NCBI GenBank assembly: GCA_964407015.1
Contig: CAYOTX010000001.1
Coordinates: 1,708 to 65,707 of the forward strand
From: an uncultured Candidatus Saccharibacteria bacterium
Lineage (GTDB): Bacteria; Patescibacteriota; Saccharimonadia; Saccharimonadales; Saccharimonadaceae
Length of the DNA: 64,000 nt
Reading direction: 5' to 3'
The notes under the pieces were generated by a model. It saw only the letters and a program-made list of their open reading frames with translations. It was not told where the DNA came from and made no database searches. Of this stretch, positions 19,098 through 29,118 are shown one piece after another; the stretch's first letter is position 1, and every line of letters begins with the position of its first letter. Made by a program: the position numbers and the translations under genes.

Positions 19098-19159
19098 ATA
19101 TAAGTATAAGTGACATTGCAAGAGATGTCAAGATTGCGCGCTAGTGATATAATAGAGGA

Positions 19160-19576
19160 ATGAAGAAGAAAAAGACCCCAGATATGGTGACGGTGAACCG
19201 TAAGGCGCATTTTGATTATGCGCTAGGCGATGAGCTGACGGTGGGAATGAGTCTGGCGGGGCCAGAAGTGCGGGCGATACGCGACCACCATGTGCAGCTT
19301 AAAGGATCTTTTGTGACGATAAGAAATGATGAACTGTGGCTGAATAATTTGACACTCGGTGCAGAAACGGCACGAAATATCAAACTACTAGCCACTAAAA
19401 AACAAATTGTGGCACTAGAACGTGAAAAAGTAGCGGGATCTACCATTGTGCCGGTGAAGTTGCTGGGCGGTGGGCGCCATATAAAATTAGTGATAGCGGT
19501 AGGTAAGGGCAAGAAAAAATACGATAAGCGTGAAACTATTAAAAAGCGCGATATAGAGCGGGGGAGATACGCGTGA
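19160..19576 (+). CDS. smpB: SsrA-binding protein
   Basis: NRKAHFDY, L.G.EVRAIR, GKGKKKYDKRETIKKRD. Confidence 0.95.
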   Translation: MKKKKTPDMVTVNRKAHFDYALGDELTVGMSLAGPEVRAIRDHHVQLKGSFVTIRNDELWLNNLTLGAETARNIKLLATKKQIVALEREKVAGSTIVPVKLLGGGRHIKLVIAVGKGKKKYDKRETIKKRDIERGRYA

Positions 19577-20355
19577 GAATATTTTCGTGGAATGTGAATG
19601 GACTAAGGGCGGTAATAAATAAAGGCGCGCTACAAGCGTTTATCACAAAAGAGCAGCCAGATATTTTGTGTTTGCAAGAAACTAAAGCAAAGCCGGGACA
19701 GGCGGAAGTGGATTTGCCGGAATACGAGGAGCTATGGAATTCGGCAGAGCGAGCGGGGTATAGTGGCACAGCAATATTTACAAAAATTAAGCCGCTAAGC
19801 GTAAAAAATGCATTGCCGGTGGAAGAAGATTTTGCAGACCAATTTGGTGATCCGCTAAACGAAGGGCGGGTGCAAACGGTAGAGTTTGAGAAATTTTATT
19901 TAGTGAATATTTATACGCCAAATTCTAAACGAGGATTGGAAAGATTGGGTCTACGGGGAAAAAAGTGGGATCCGGCGGTACGAAATTATTTGAAGGGGCT
20001 AGAGAAGCATAAGCCGGTGGTGGTGTGCGGAGATTTTAATGCGGCGCATACCGAGATAGATTTAGCGCGGCCAAAGGCAAATCACCATAATGCTGGCTTT
20101 ACGGATGAGGAACGGCAAGGAGTGAGTAATTTACTAGATGCTGGGCTGGTGGATACATTTAGAATTTTGCACCCGGAAGTGCAAAGATATACTTGGTGGA
20201 GCCATTGGGGGCATGCGCGCGAAAACAATGTAGGGTGGCGGATAGACTATTTCTTTATTTCAGAAAGTTTGCGGAAGAATTTGAAAGACGCGGAAATTTA
20301 TGAGAATTATATGGGCTCGGACCACTGCCCGATTTCGATTGAACTGGAGTTTTGA
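19573..20355 (+). CDS. xth: Exodeoxyribonuclease III / AP endonuclease
   Basis: SWNVNGLRA, LQETK, GDFNAAH, WRIDYF, SDHCP. Confidence 0.95.
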   Translation: MRIFSWNVNGLRAVINKGALQAFITKEQPDILCLQETKAKPGQAEVDLPEYEELWNSAERAGYSGTAIFTKIKPLSVKNALPVEEDFADQFGDPLNEGRVQTVEFEKFYLVNIYTPNSKRGLERLGLRGKKWDPAVRNYLKGLEKHKPVVVCGDFNAAHTEIDLARPKANHHNAGFTDEERQGVSNLLDAGLVDTFRILHPEVQRYTWWSHWGHARENNVGWRIDYFFISESLRKNLKDAEIYENYMGSDHCPISIELEF

Positions 20356-21137
20356 TGGACTATTTTGAGAAGATCGAGAGTAGCCCATACGAAGATTTGT
20401 ATTGGAATATACCAGAAAAAAAGCAAGGCGCAGTAAATGTAATAGGCGGGAATGGGCAAAGTTTTCGTACAGAAGTGAAGGTGGCGGAATATTTAGCGGG
20501 GAATTATCCAGTGGAAACAGTGAATACGGTATTGCCGGAAGTGCTAAAAAATAAATTGCCGCCGGTGGAGAATTTTAAGTTTTTGCCAGCTACGGAAGGT
20601 GGGACTTTTAGTGGGGAAGGTTTGGCAGATGTGATAAATGGGGCGGATTTTAATTTGATAATTGGGGATTTATCTAAAAATGCGGTGACGGGCAAGGCTG
20701 TAACGAGCGCGTGCGAAGCTAGCGAAAAGCCGATTGTAATTACGCGCGATACGGTAGATCTAATCGCGGAAAATGGACCAGAAAAAGTATTGATGAATGA
20801 AAATATGATAATTTTTGGATCTTTGGCGCAGATGCAAAAGATATTACGCGCGGTGTATTATCCAAAAATGTTGCTTTTGTCGCAGTCTTTGGTGCAGGTA
20901 GTGGAAGTGCTACATAAATTTACTTTGAGCTATCCCGTAGGTATAGTGACTTTACATAATGGGCAGATATTGGTGGCGAAAGATGGCATAGTAAAAGCGG
21001 TGCCGATGGAAAAATCTGGCTATTCGCCGATCATGTTGTGGAGTGGAGAGCTTGCAGCTAAAATTGTGGCGCTAAATTTGTATAATCCGAATAGTTTTAT
21101 TGGTGCTACTATAGCAGCCATACTACAGATTAGATAA
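20352..21137 (+). CDS. Hypothetical protein, distant YjeF/ribokinase-like fold possible
   Basis: G.V.VIGG near the N-terminus; weak recognition only. Confidence 0.45.
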   Translation: MMDYFEKIESSPYEDLYWNIPEKKQGAVNVIGGNGQSFRTEVKVAEYLAGNYPVETVNTVLPEVLKNKLPPVENFKFLPATEGGTFSGEGLADVINGADFNLIIGDLSKNAVTGKAVTSACEASEKPIVITRDTVDLIAENGPEKVLMNENMIIFGSLAQMQKILRAVYYPKMLLLSQSLVQVVEVLHKFTLSYPVGIVTLHNGQILVAKDGIVKAVPMEKSGYSPIMLWSGELAAKIVALNLYNPNSFIGATIAAILQIR

Positions 21138-21287
21138 TTTAAATATTTATAGCGGTATCGCTTCACGCCAGGAAATTTTATCGAAATTTTTTAACGGAAA
21201 AACTAGATTTCTGAATCTTCGATTTTCTTAAAATTTCTCAAAAATTTCTTAAGTTTGCTCAATGCTATAAAATATTTAAATTATCTA
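21131..21287. repeat. Inverted-repeat-bounded intergenic element
   Basis: 23/24-bp IR tagataatttaaatatttatagc / gctataaaatatttaaattatcta (one indel). Confidence 0.7.
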
Positions 21288-21316
21288 GTGGCATGCATAT
21301 ATGCTATGATAAAAGT

Positions 21317-23170
21317 ATGAAATTGAAACGCTTATTTTTAGGTGCGGTGTTGACACTAATATTTTCACCAATTAGTAATACTTTTGCCGGTGTGCAAGAT
21401 TTTTATTTTGAAGATTTTACGGCGGATTATTATTTGAGTAAAGACGAAGAAGGAATTTCGCATCTAAAAGTGGTAGAAAATGCAACAGCCGAATTCCCGA
21501 ATCATAAACAGAACAAAGGGATTTGCCGGCAAATACCATTTACGAACCAAAACGGAGAAAATATAACTCTGCCAAATTTGACGCAGGCAAATATTAAAGT
21601 TACGCGAAATGGAGCAGCTGAGCCAATTTATAGTATCGAAAAAGATAGTGGGTATTATAATGTGTGCACTGGAACAGAAAAATATGTACTAGGGGAGCAA
21701 GTGTATGGATTTGAATATGAATTTGATAAAGTGGTAACAGATTTTGGGAATTATCAGGAACTTTATTGGGATACAAATGGTAATGGTGCGACGCAGAAGT
21801 TCAATAAAGTAACAGCCAGAGTACATCTAGATGACACGGATTGGTGGACGGGCGAGAGCTGGTGCTATGTAGGGCGCTACGGCGAAAGTGGACAAGATAG
21901 GTGCAAAATGACAAAGCTAGAAGACGGAGTAGAATTTGTAGCAACGAAACTTAAAGCGTACGAAAACTTAACATTTGATATAGAATTGAAACCCGGGAGC
22001 TTCGTAGTGCCGGAACCAGAAGAAAACTACATTTATGTGTGGATATTGGCGGGGTTAATTACAATTTGTATAGCGGCAATACTACTAGCAATGCGAAAAT
22101 TTATGAAGACGCGCGAAAAGGCAAAGTATTATAAAAGTATATTTGTAAAGCCAGAGTATCAGCCAAATCTAAAATATAGCTTACCAGAAATGGCAGAAAT
22201 ATATATTGGCAAGAAAAAGGATGCAAAAGTGGCAATGTTGCTAGAACTAGTGGTAAAGCGAAAAATTGAACTCATAAAAGGCGAGAAGAAAAAGTGGAGC
22301 ATTAAAGTAAAAAACTTAAATGGTGTAGAAAAAGAGTATATTAACCTGCTAGAAATATTAAAAGGTGGGTCGCAAGTAGCGGTGGGGAATATGATAGAAA
22401 TAAAAACGCATACGGCAAACAGTAAACTAATTGCGTTAAGAGAAGCTATGGAGGAGAAGGTAGAAAGTGATTTGAAGGAAGACGATCTGGCTACTGATAA
22501 ATGGCGGTACGGAGCCAAAAATGGTGGGTTTTTAAATACTTTAGTATTAACAATTATAATGACGCCAGTAATGGTAATGATTGGCGTATTTGTGCTAGGT
22601 ATATTAGAAGGTGCATTAGGGCTTGACGGAGCCTATGGTGGCAAAATGGTGTTTATGGAGTATTTCTACCCAGTAGCATTTTTAATAATTGTACTGACAG
22701 TATTTATTACAACATGGCTTCTGGGGGAAGCAAAAAAATATGCAACCTACACACTGAAAGGCCTGGAAGCATCGCGATATATGGACGGGTTAAAACTGTA
22801 TATTAAAATGGCGGAAGCAGAGCGAATGAAAATGCTGCAAAGTGTGGAAGGGGCAGATACTTCGGCGGAAGGAATTGTAAAGTTATACGAAAAACTATTA
22901 CCGTATGCAGCGGTGTTTGGACTGGAAGAAAGTTGGATGAACGAGATGAAAGAGTATTGTAAAGTGAAAGAAATAGCGGAGCCAGATTATTTGATGACTG
23001 GAATTGCGGTAGCAGAATTATCACGCACAATGCGAATGACATCTAACGCCATAAGAACAGCTACGGTGATGTCTGGCTCAGGTGGTGGGTCTTCTTCTGG
23101 GTTTTCCGGTGGTGGGGGCGGGGGATTTTCTGGTGGCGGTGGAGGGGGCGGGGGATTTGGAGGAAGATAA
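21317..23170 (+). CDS. DUF2207-type membrane protein
   Basis: Signal peptide, ELYWDTNG, KLLPYAAVFG, Gly/Ser tail GGGFSGGGGGGGGFGGR. Confidence 0.85.
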   Translation: MKLKRLFLGAVLTLIFSPISNTFAGVQDFYFEDFTADYYLSKDEEGISHLKVVENATAEFPNHKQNKGICRQIPFTNQNGENITLPNLTQANIKVTRNGAAEPIYSIEKDSGYYNVCTGTEKYVLGEQVYGFEYEFDKVVTDFGNYQELYWDTNGNGATQKFNKVTARVHLDDTDWWTGESWCYVGRYGESGQDRCKMTKLEDGVEFVATKLKAYENLTFDIELKPGSFVVPEPEENYIYVWILAGLITICIAAILLAMRKFMKTREKAKYYKSIFVKPEYQPNLKYSLPEMAEIYIGKKKDAKVAMLLELVVKRKIELIKGEKKKWSIKVKNLNGVEKEYINLLEILKGGSQVAVGNMIEIKTHTANSKLIALREAMEEKVESDLKEDDLATDKWRYGAKNGGFLNTLVLTIIMTPVMVMIGVFVLGILEGALGLDGAYGGKMVFMEYFYPVAFLIIVLTVFITTWLLGEAKKYATYTLKGLEASRYMDGLKLYIKMAEAERMKMLQSVEGADTSAEGIVKLYEKLLPYAAVFGLEESWMNEMKEYCKVKEIAEPDYLMTGIAVAELSRTMRMTSNAIRTATVMSGSGGGSSSGFSGGGGGGFSGGGGGGGGFGGR

Positions 23171-23172
23171 GA

Positions 23173-23817
23173 TTATTTCTTCTTAGCTTTTTTGGTAAGT
23201 TCTTTTTCGATGTCTACAGCATCACGGGAAATATTTTTACGGCGCTGGCGCAAGAAGAACCAAGTGAAGACAAAAGTTAAACATCCAGCAGCAAAACCAA
23301 TATATTTAACTGGGTCTGGCCAATTGGTAGCAAAAAGGGTGACAGCATTTAAAATACCGAGACACAGCGTGTAGCCATAGCGCCGGGTCAAAATAATTTT
23401 TTTGGCAAGTGGGAAATTCTTTTTAGTTAGAGAATTCGTCGTACAGTTATCTGGATGACCAAAGAATTTGCCATAGACGATGAGTTCGATACTACCGCAA
23501 ATAACGACGTAGTAAATAATGGCGATGAGGCCAACGATCCAATTGATTCTGAGGGCGACAAAGAGAACCTGAGCGGCGGCAAGGAGAACATCGGAAACCA
23601 TATCGTAAAGTGCGGCATATTTGCGATATTTCGGAGTTTTATTTTTGGGAAATGGCCATTTTTTAGCGCAAGTTCCGTCGAAGGCGTCGGTGAGGACTGC
23701 TGCAAAAAACATTAGAAAGACCGCTTCGGCTGAACCGCTACTTGTGAAACAACAATAAAAAATGACAAGTGCTAAAATGAATCTTGATAGTGTAAGTAAA
23801 TCTGCTAAGTATTTCAT
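23173..23817 (-). CDS. CDP-alcohol phosphatidyltransferase
   Basis: ADLLTLSR; D.FDG..A...ALYD..SD motif. Confidence 0.8.
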   Translation of the reverse strand: MKYLADLLTLSRFILALVIFYCCFTSSGSAEAVFLMFFAAVLTDAFDGTCAKKWPFPKNKTPKYRKYAALYDMVSDVLLAAAQVLFVALRINWIVGLIAIIYYVVICGSIELIVYGKFFGHPDNCTTNSLTKKNFPLAKKIILTRRYGYTLCLGILNAVTLFATNWPDPVKYIGFAAGCLTFVFTWFFLRQRRKNISRDAVDIEKELTKKAKKK

Positions 23818-25046
23818 AAGTTTATTATATCACTAAAGTATTTTTCTAAGATTTTAATACGATTGGAAATTAACGCTTCGTTGCGATTTTTTAACATAAT
23901 TTTGCTCATTTGTTGGATTTTTTCTGGATGCTGGAGTAAATTGTTCAAAGCTTTTGTCATTTGGATGGGAGTGGGGCCAGCGCTTAAAATATAGCTGTCT
24001 TTAGGAACAATTTCTTGCATATCCGGATCGCAAATAAAGGCTGGTACGCCGGCGGCTTCGGCTTCTACTAAGGTCATGGGATAATTGTCAAAATTGTAGG
24101 AAGCCAATACGTCCAAATGGGATTTTAGAATGGCACTTTGGACAGTAGTGAATTTGGCATTGCCGTGGAAAGTGACGCTTAAATTATGTTTGGTGACATA
24201 ATGTTTGGCTTTCTTAAGGTCGGCGCCACCGCCGTAAACGTCTAAATGGTACTTGCCATTAACTTGGTTTAAGGCTTGCAGAAACGGCATAATGCGTTTT
24301 TCACCAGAAAGGCGAGAATGCCAAATTATTTTGAGTGGCTCGCCGGGATTTAGGCTTTTAATGGTAGGGTTGGTTGGGAAATTTTGATCCGGATAGCCGT
24401 TGGGGAAGATTTGGATTTTGTGTTTGACGCCGTAACGAGCAAGTTTTTTGGCAAAGTGGTGGGAGGGGGTGATGACGTAGTCGGCATAATTGGCGTGGTT
24501 TACCATCATGGTCCACATTTTGGCTTTGGCGGTGGTGTCGGCTAAGTAATCATCGCGGTGGATTTTGATAGGATGGGGAATATACCAAGAGTGGAACCAA
24601 TTGAGGAGTGTGGCTACAATGGTGCGAAATCCAAAAGGAATAATATTGGTAACTCCCATATCTTCGCGACCATGCATCACTTGAACGGTGGGGATGTGGA
24701 GTTTTTTGCCAAGATTGAGTCCGGTGATAGAGCAACCGGATTCGTAATGTATATAATATATATCAAAATTTTTGATTTCTGGATGCTCGCGAAGAAGCCA
24801 TTTTTCAATGATTTTGGGGCGGCGAGAGATGGGTGTAACGCCACGAATAAGCCAACGGCAAGAAGGCACAGGGAAAATTGAACTCTTGGCAAGTTTTTGC
24901 CGTTCTTCTAGGGTTTTGGGATAGCTAGTGCTAAAAATATAGACAGTGTGGCCAGCTTTTTCTAAAGCAGCTTTTTGGGCATTGATGGAAGAAGTGATGC
25001 CGCCGGTGAGATCTAAGTAGCAATCTGAAAAAATCGCAATTTTCAT
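23814..25046 (-). CDS. GT4 glycosyltransferase (diacylglycerol glucosyltransferase-like)
   Basis: MKIAIFSDCY...GGI..SI; HSRLSGEK; DNYPMTLVEA. Confidence 0.85.
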   Translation of the reverse strand: MKIAIFSDCYLDLTGGITSSINAQKAALEKAGHTVYIFSTSYPKTLEERQKLAKSSIFPVPSCRWLIRGVTPISRRPKIIEKWLLREHPEIKNFDIYYIHYESGCSITGLNLGKKLHIPTVQVMHGREDMGVTNIIPFGFRTIVATLLNWFHSWYIPHPIKIHRDDYLADTTAKAKMWTMMVNHANYADYVITPSHHFAKKLARYGVKHKIQIFPNGYPDQNFPTNPTIKSLNPGEPLKIIWHSRLSGEKRIMPFLQALNQVNGKYHLDVYGGGADLKKAKHYVTKHNLSVTFHGNAKFTTVQSAILKSHLDVLASYNFDNYPMTLVEAEAAGVPAFICDPDMQEIVPKDSYILSAGPTPIQMTKALNNLLQHPEKIQQMSKIMLKNRNEALISNRIKILEKYFSDIINL

Positions 25047-25095
25047 ATTTTTATTTTAACATGTAGCGTGCTATAATCGTAACATTAACAATTTA

Positions 25096-25184
25096 ATATC
25101 AAGAAGGGGCGAGGGAACGGCCTGGTGACCCCCTACCAACCTAGCTAGACCAAGGTGGTAAATCCGACCAGAAAGGAAAGATAT
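25096..25184 (+). promoter_or_regulatory. SAM riboswitch (SAM-I superfamily)
   Basis: ATATCAAGA..GAGGGAACGGCC..TGA.CCCC..CAACC...AAGGTGGTAAATCC...GATAT directly upstream of metK. Confidence 0.9.
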
Positions 25185-26145
25185 GTTCTATAGAACTGCG
25201 GAGAGCGTTTCTCCGAAACACCCAGATAAATTATGTGACCAAATAAGTGATGCGATACTGGATGCGTATTTTGAAAAAGATCCAAATGCGCGCGTAGCGG
25301 CAGAGGCTTGTGGCGGGCACGGCGTAGTGTTTGTAACTGGTGAGATTACATCTGAGGCGGATGTGGATATTCCGGCCATAGTGAAACGAATTGCCGGAGA
25401 TGGCATAGAGGTGCATACCAAAATTGTGAAGCAGTCGCCAGAAATTGCGCAAGGCGTAGATACTGGTGGGGCGGGCGATCAGGGCATAATGATAGGCTAT
25501 GCGTGTGATGAAACGCCGGAAATGTTGCCGCGCGAAGTAGTGCTGGCACGTCGGCTAAACCAGTATATATATGAAAAGTACCCATTTGATGGCAAAACGC
25601 AGATTACAATAGCGCCAGATGTAAGTATTGATTCTATTGTGGCGAGTTTTCAAAATGCACCACGTGAAGAATTAGAGAAATTAGTGCGAGAATTTATAGA
25701 AAAGGAAAAGTTGACTGGGAAGTTAGAACTGCATATTAATCCGGCTGGGGATTGGCAACAAGGTGGCTTTGATGCGGATACGGGTCTGACCGGGCGGAAA
25801 CTAATAGTAGATAACTATGGGCCACGGGTGGCGATAGGTGGAGGATGCTATTCTGGTAAAGATCCATCTAAGGTGGATAGGAGTGCAGCGTATATGGCAC
25901 GGCGAATTGCGGTGAATTATTTAAGAAAACGCAAGGCGCATGAAGTGTTGGTGCGGCTAGCATATGCGATTGGCTATGCTGAACCTTTGGAAAAAACGGT
26001 AATCGTAGATGGTAAAGCTGAGGAAATAGAAGGATACGATCTTACGCCAAATGGAATTATAAAATATTTGGATTTGAAGCGACCAATTTACGAAAAAACT
26101 GCGCGGTGGGGGCATTATGGCGAAGGGTTCGACTGGGATAAATAG
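25183..26145 (+). CDS. metK: S-adenosylmethionine synthetase (compact form)
   Basis: AESVSPKHPDKLCDQISD, GAGDQG, DTGLTGRK, GKDPSKVDRSAAY. Confidence 0.97.
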   Translation: MFYRTAESVSPKHPDKLCDQISDAILDAYFEKDPNARVAAEACGGHGVVFVTGEITSEADVDIPAIVKRIAGDGIEVHTKIVKQSPEIAQGVDTGGAGDQGIMIGYACDETPEMLPREVVLARRLNQYIYEKYPFDGKTQITIAPDVSIDSIVASFQNAPREELEKLVREFIEKEKLTGKLELHINPAGDWQQGGFDADTGLTGRKLIVDNYGPRVAIGGGCYSGKDPSKVDRSAAYMARRIAVNYLRKRKAHEVLVRLAYAIGYAEPLEKTVIVDGKAEEIEGYDLTPNGIIKYLDLKRPIYEKTARWGHYGEGFDWDK

Positions 26146-26151
26146 TTTTTA

Positions 26152-26180
26152 AAAAATCGTCTCGAAAGAGACGATTTTTT
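26152..26180. terminator. Bidirectional terminator
   Basis: aaaaaatcgtctc-gaaa-gagacgatttttt. Confidence 0.85.
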
Positions 26181-26194
26181 GATTGTCGCATGAT

Positions 26195-26224
26195 TGGTGG
26201 GGGTTAATTAACCAGGTTTTAACA
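26195..26224 (+). repeat. Motif M, copy 1 (cassette boundary)
   Basis: TGGTGGGGGTTAATTAACCAGGTTTTAACA, identical to 27155-27184. Confidence 0.85.
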
Positions 26225-26274
26225 TGTTACAAAAATGAGATACGAGATAATTTGATTATTTATATCTCGAATAA

Positions 26275-26943
26275 CTAGTTATTAATATTTTTGATACCAA
26301 CTTCTGGAATCATAACATCCGCAGGAGTGTCGATAATAAAACGAATCAGACGAGCAACTTCTTTAGTATCAACTCCGTTAGCCATATTCTTTTCAATGTT
26401 TAGTTTCTTAAACATATCGATCTTCATCATTCCCGGCATAACATCGGTGACTCGAATGCCGTATTTTGCGAGCTCGTCTTGAAGGGATTTCGTAAAGCCA
26501 GTAACTCCCCATTTTGTAGCATTATAGACCACGCGTTCTGCTTTGTGATTGATGCCAGCTTGAGAATTAATATTGATAATTAATCCGTCGCCGTTTTTCT
26601 TCATTTCTGGAATAACTGCCTTGGAGCAGTTTATTACGCCGAGTAGATTTACTTTGACTACTGCTTCAATACGATCAACATCGTTTGTGCCTAGTTCTTC
26701 CTGAATCCATAAGCCAGCGCAATTAATAAGAACATCAATCTTGCCAATTTTTTCTGTAATTGTTTTAACGGACGCGTAGTTAGTCACGTCACAAACATAG
26801 TAATCGCAACCTGCTTCACCGGCGACATCTTTTAACTTCGCTTCATTAGTCGCAAGAATGGTAACTTTATTATCTTTTGATAAATTTTCGGCTAAGGTTT
26901 TACCCAAGCCATCACTACCGCCAGTTATAACAATGCTTTTCAT
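26275..26943 (-). CDS. SDR-family oxidoreductase
   Basis: TGGSDGLG, NCAG, YNATK. Confidence 0.9.
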   Translation of the reverse strand: MKSIVITGGSDGLGKTLAENLSKDNKVTILATNEAKLKDVAGEAGCDYYVCDVTNYASVKTITEKIGKIDVLINCAGLWIQEELGTNDVDRIEAVVKVNLLGVINCSKAVIPEMKKNGDGLIININSQAGINHKAERVVYNATKWGVTGFTKSLQDELAKYGIRVTDVMPGMMKIDMFKKLNIEKNMANGVDTKEVARLIRFIIDTPADVMIPEVGIKNINN

Positions 26944-26989
26944 TTTTAATACCTTTGATAACTTACTGCAATTATATCATAAAAACTCC

Positions 26990-27184
26990 GGACCAAATTG
27001 TGGGGGATTTAACAGACGAAATTATAGAAGTAAATTATAATTTTTGGCATATTTTTGCCTAAAAAATGGCATAAAAAATACCCTCTATTTTTATGAGGGA
27101 TTTAACAGACATTCATAGATTACGAAATAGTTGAAAAACATTCTATAACCTGAATGGTGGGGGTTAATTAACCAGGTTTTAACA
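26990..27184 (+). repeat. Repeat R1 (~165 bp) joined to motif M, copy 2
   Basis: Aligns along its length with 29686-29852; contains two GGGATTTAACAGAC direct repeats. Confidence 0.85.
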
Positions 27185-27228
27185 GGTTATAGAGAAGATT
27201 TATATCAAAAAATGGTATAATAGTATAT

Positions 27229-27633
27229 ATGGAAAAGACATTTGATTTCTTAAAAAACCGAACCAAAGTTAATTTTGTATCGACCATCGATGGTGACAAG
27301 CCCAGTTGTCGTCCTTTTGGTGATCCAATTCTTTTTGATAATCATATATACGCTCTGACGAATGCTAAGAAAAATGTGGCCAAGCAGATTGCTAAGAACA
27401 ACAGTGCCTGCATAGTGGCTTATGACGGCGAAAACTGGATTCGCATCAATTGCCAAATGATTGACGAAAGCAATAATATTGAAGCCAAGAAGGCTATTAT
27501 CGCGGAATTCGATTGGGCGAAAGAAGCCGGCTACACCTTAGATGCTCCAGATTTTGTTCTCTATCGTCTAGCTAATGCAAAGTCCACTATTTACGACGAA
27601 GACGGCAAAATATTAGCAGAGGAAGAGTTCTAG
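27229..27633 (+). CDS. Pyridoxamine 5'-phosphate oxidase-like flavin-binding protein
   Basis: VSTIDGDKPSCRPF...K.V.KQI..N pattern. Confidence 0.75.
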   Translation: MEKTFDFLKNRTKVNFVSTIDGDKPSCRPFGDPILFDNHIYALTNAKKNVAKQIAKNNSACIVAYDGENWIRINCQMIDESNNIEAKKAIIAEFDWAKEAGYTLDAPDFVLYRLANAKSTIYDEDGKILAEEEF

Positions 27634-27828
27634 AGATTTAACGGAGAGACAATATTCTTAATAGCCTAATACCGGCCATGAGCAGGAGATATACTAGTTC
27701 AGAGGCCTTCCGTTTACAGGGGTAGTAATTGACATTTTTAGGAAAGTGTGCTATAATTATGTTAGCGGTAGGTATTTTGATGACCGTGAATCATTTACAT
27801 AGTCTGATTTAAAAAGGAGGGGGTCTTT

Positions 27829-28938
27829 GTGAGGCCTACAATTGTAGCACAAAAAATTGACGAGGTTGACCTGCACATCACTCGCATATGCAACGGGCGC
27901 TGCCCGTATTGCTATGTCGATGATGGTGGCGAAAGCAACCCACTGTTCGAGCGGTTGCCGCAATTTGGTGAGACCGCAACCCTAAAGAAGATTATCCAAA
28001 ACATTCGAAATGCGGCAGCAGCGGAAAACCTTGTGTTTGTCGGGGGTGACCCTTGTCAACATCCCGATTTAGCCGAGTTGCTCCGCTTTGCCAGCGAAGA
28101 TGTTGGCGGTATGGCTGTTTGCGTTCTATCCAACACGCACCTCTACAAGAAAAATGGGCAGTCTGTCCCGATCGAAACCATCGTGCCCTACGTTTCAGAG
28201 TTGGATTTTACCCTGCACGGGATCGGTACGGCACATGATGCGATTAATGGTAACTGCGGTGCCTACGAGCATGGGATGCGTCAGCTGAAGGCCTATATGC
28301 GGGCTCGCGGCGATGCTGACAAAGGTGTGGCCATTGTGCTCAATTTTATTCCGTATACCATGCAGCATATCGAAGAGATAATGAGGAGCGTAATCATGGA
28401 GCTGCAGATGGATCCTCAGCGCGACTACTTCATGGTCCAGAGGATTGCAAAAACCGGACGAGCCTGCAAAAGCTATAACCGATGGATGATCCAGCATGAC
28501 CTGCTGGTAAAAGCACTGGGTACGATTGAAGTTATCAACCGTGAACTGGGCTTCGAAACGAAGCTTGATGCCGTGGACGCATTTCCCTGGTGTGCTATTC
28601 CGGAACAATACAGGTACATGCTGACTCCCGGTGGCTGTAAATGGGGCCGTCCCGGCGGAGTCCTCTCTGTGGTTCAGAACGGTGGCATCCAGAGGTGCGC
28701 ATTGAGTGAAAGGATTTTGGGCAATTTCCTTGAGATTGATATGCCTGAGACTTTTACTCAATTCATGACGGAAAATCCGGTGCTGCAGCAGTTTCGCGCA
28801 CATCGGCACCTGGATTTAAAGTGTCTGCCCTGCAATCTGTTGGATAAGTGCGGTGGCGGTTGCGTGATTGCGGCCGGTGGGGGTGACCCCTACAAGAACG
28901 ATACCGTTCGCACTGGTCACGATTATCTCGCAGATTAA
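27829..28938 (+). CDS. Radical SAM protein with SPASM-like C-terminus
   Basis: CNGRCPYC, GGDP, C-terminal C..C....C.GGC; visibly higher GC than neighbours. Confidence 0.9.
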   Translation: MRPTIVAQKIDEVDLHITRICNGRCPYCYVDDGGESNPLFERLPQFGETATLKKIIQNIRNAAAAENLVFVGGDPCQHPDLAELLRFASEDVGGMAVCVLSNTHLYKKNGQSVPIETIVPYVSELDFTLHGIGTAHDAINGNCGAYEHGMRQLKAYMRARGDADKGVAIVLNFIPYTMQHIEEIMRSVIMELQMDPQRDYFMVQRIAKTGRACKSYNRWMIQHDLLVKALGTIEVINRELGFETKLDAVDAFPWCAIPEQYRYMLTPGGCKWGRPGGVLSVVQNGGIQRCALSERILGNFLEIDMPETFTQFMTENPVLQQFRAHRHLDLKCLPCNLLDKCGGGCVIAAGGGDPYKNDTVRTGHDYLAD

Positions 28939-29118
28939 CAAAAACGCCGCGCCCATTTAGGGCGCGGCTCTTTCATATTAAGGGAAATTGAGGTAGCTAA
29001 TCATGTTTGTACGGTGATGAGAGGTGGATGAACCTCGCTTCGCTCGGTGCGAACCCCGGGCTCGAGCCTGCATCTATCAGAAATTAAATAAAGAGCCTGT
29101 GGCTCTTTCTCCAATTTC

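Noticed and set aside
18500-19130. tmRNA expected next to smpB
   Set aside because: No GGGG…/…CCACCA tRNA-like ends or tag reading frame were found; the region is explained by two peptide/sRNA modules.
27678-27725. MSRRYTSSEAFRLQG as a RiPP precursor for the radical SAM enzyme
   Set aside because: No RBS and no precursor-like motif.
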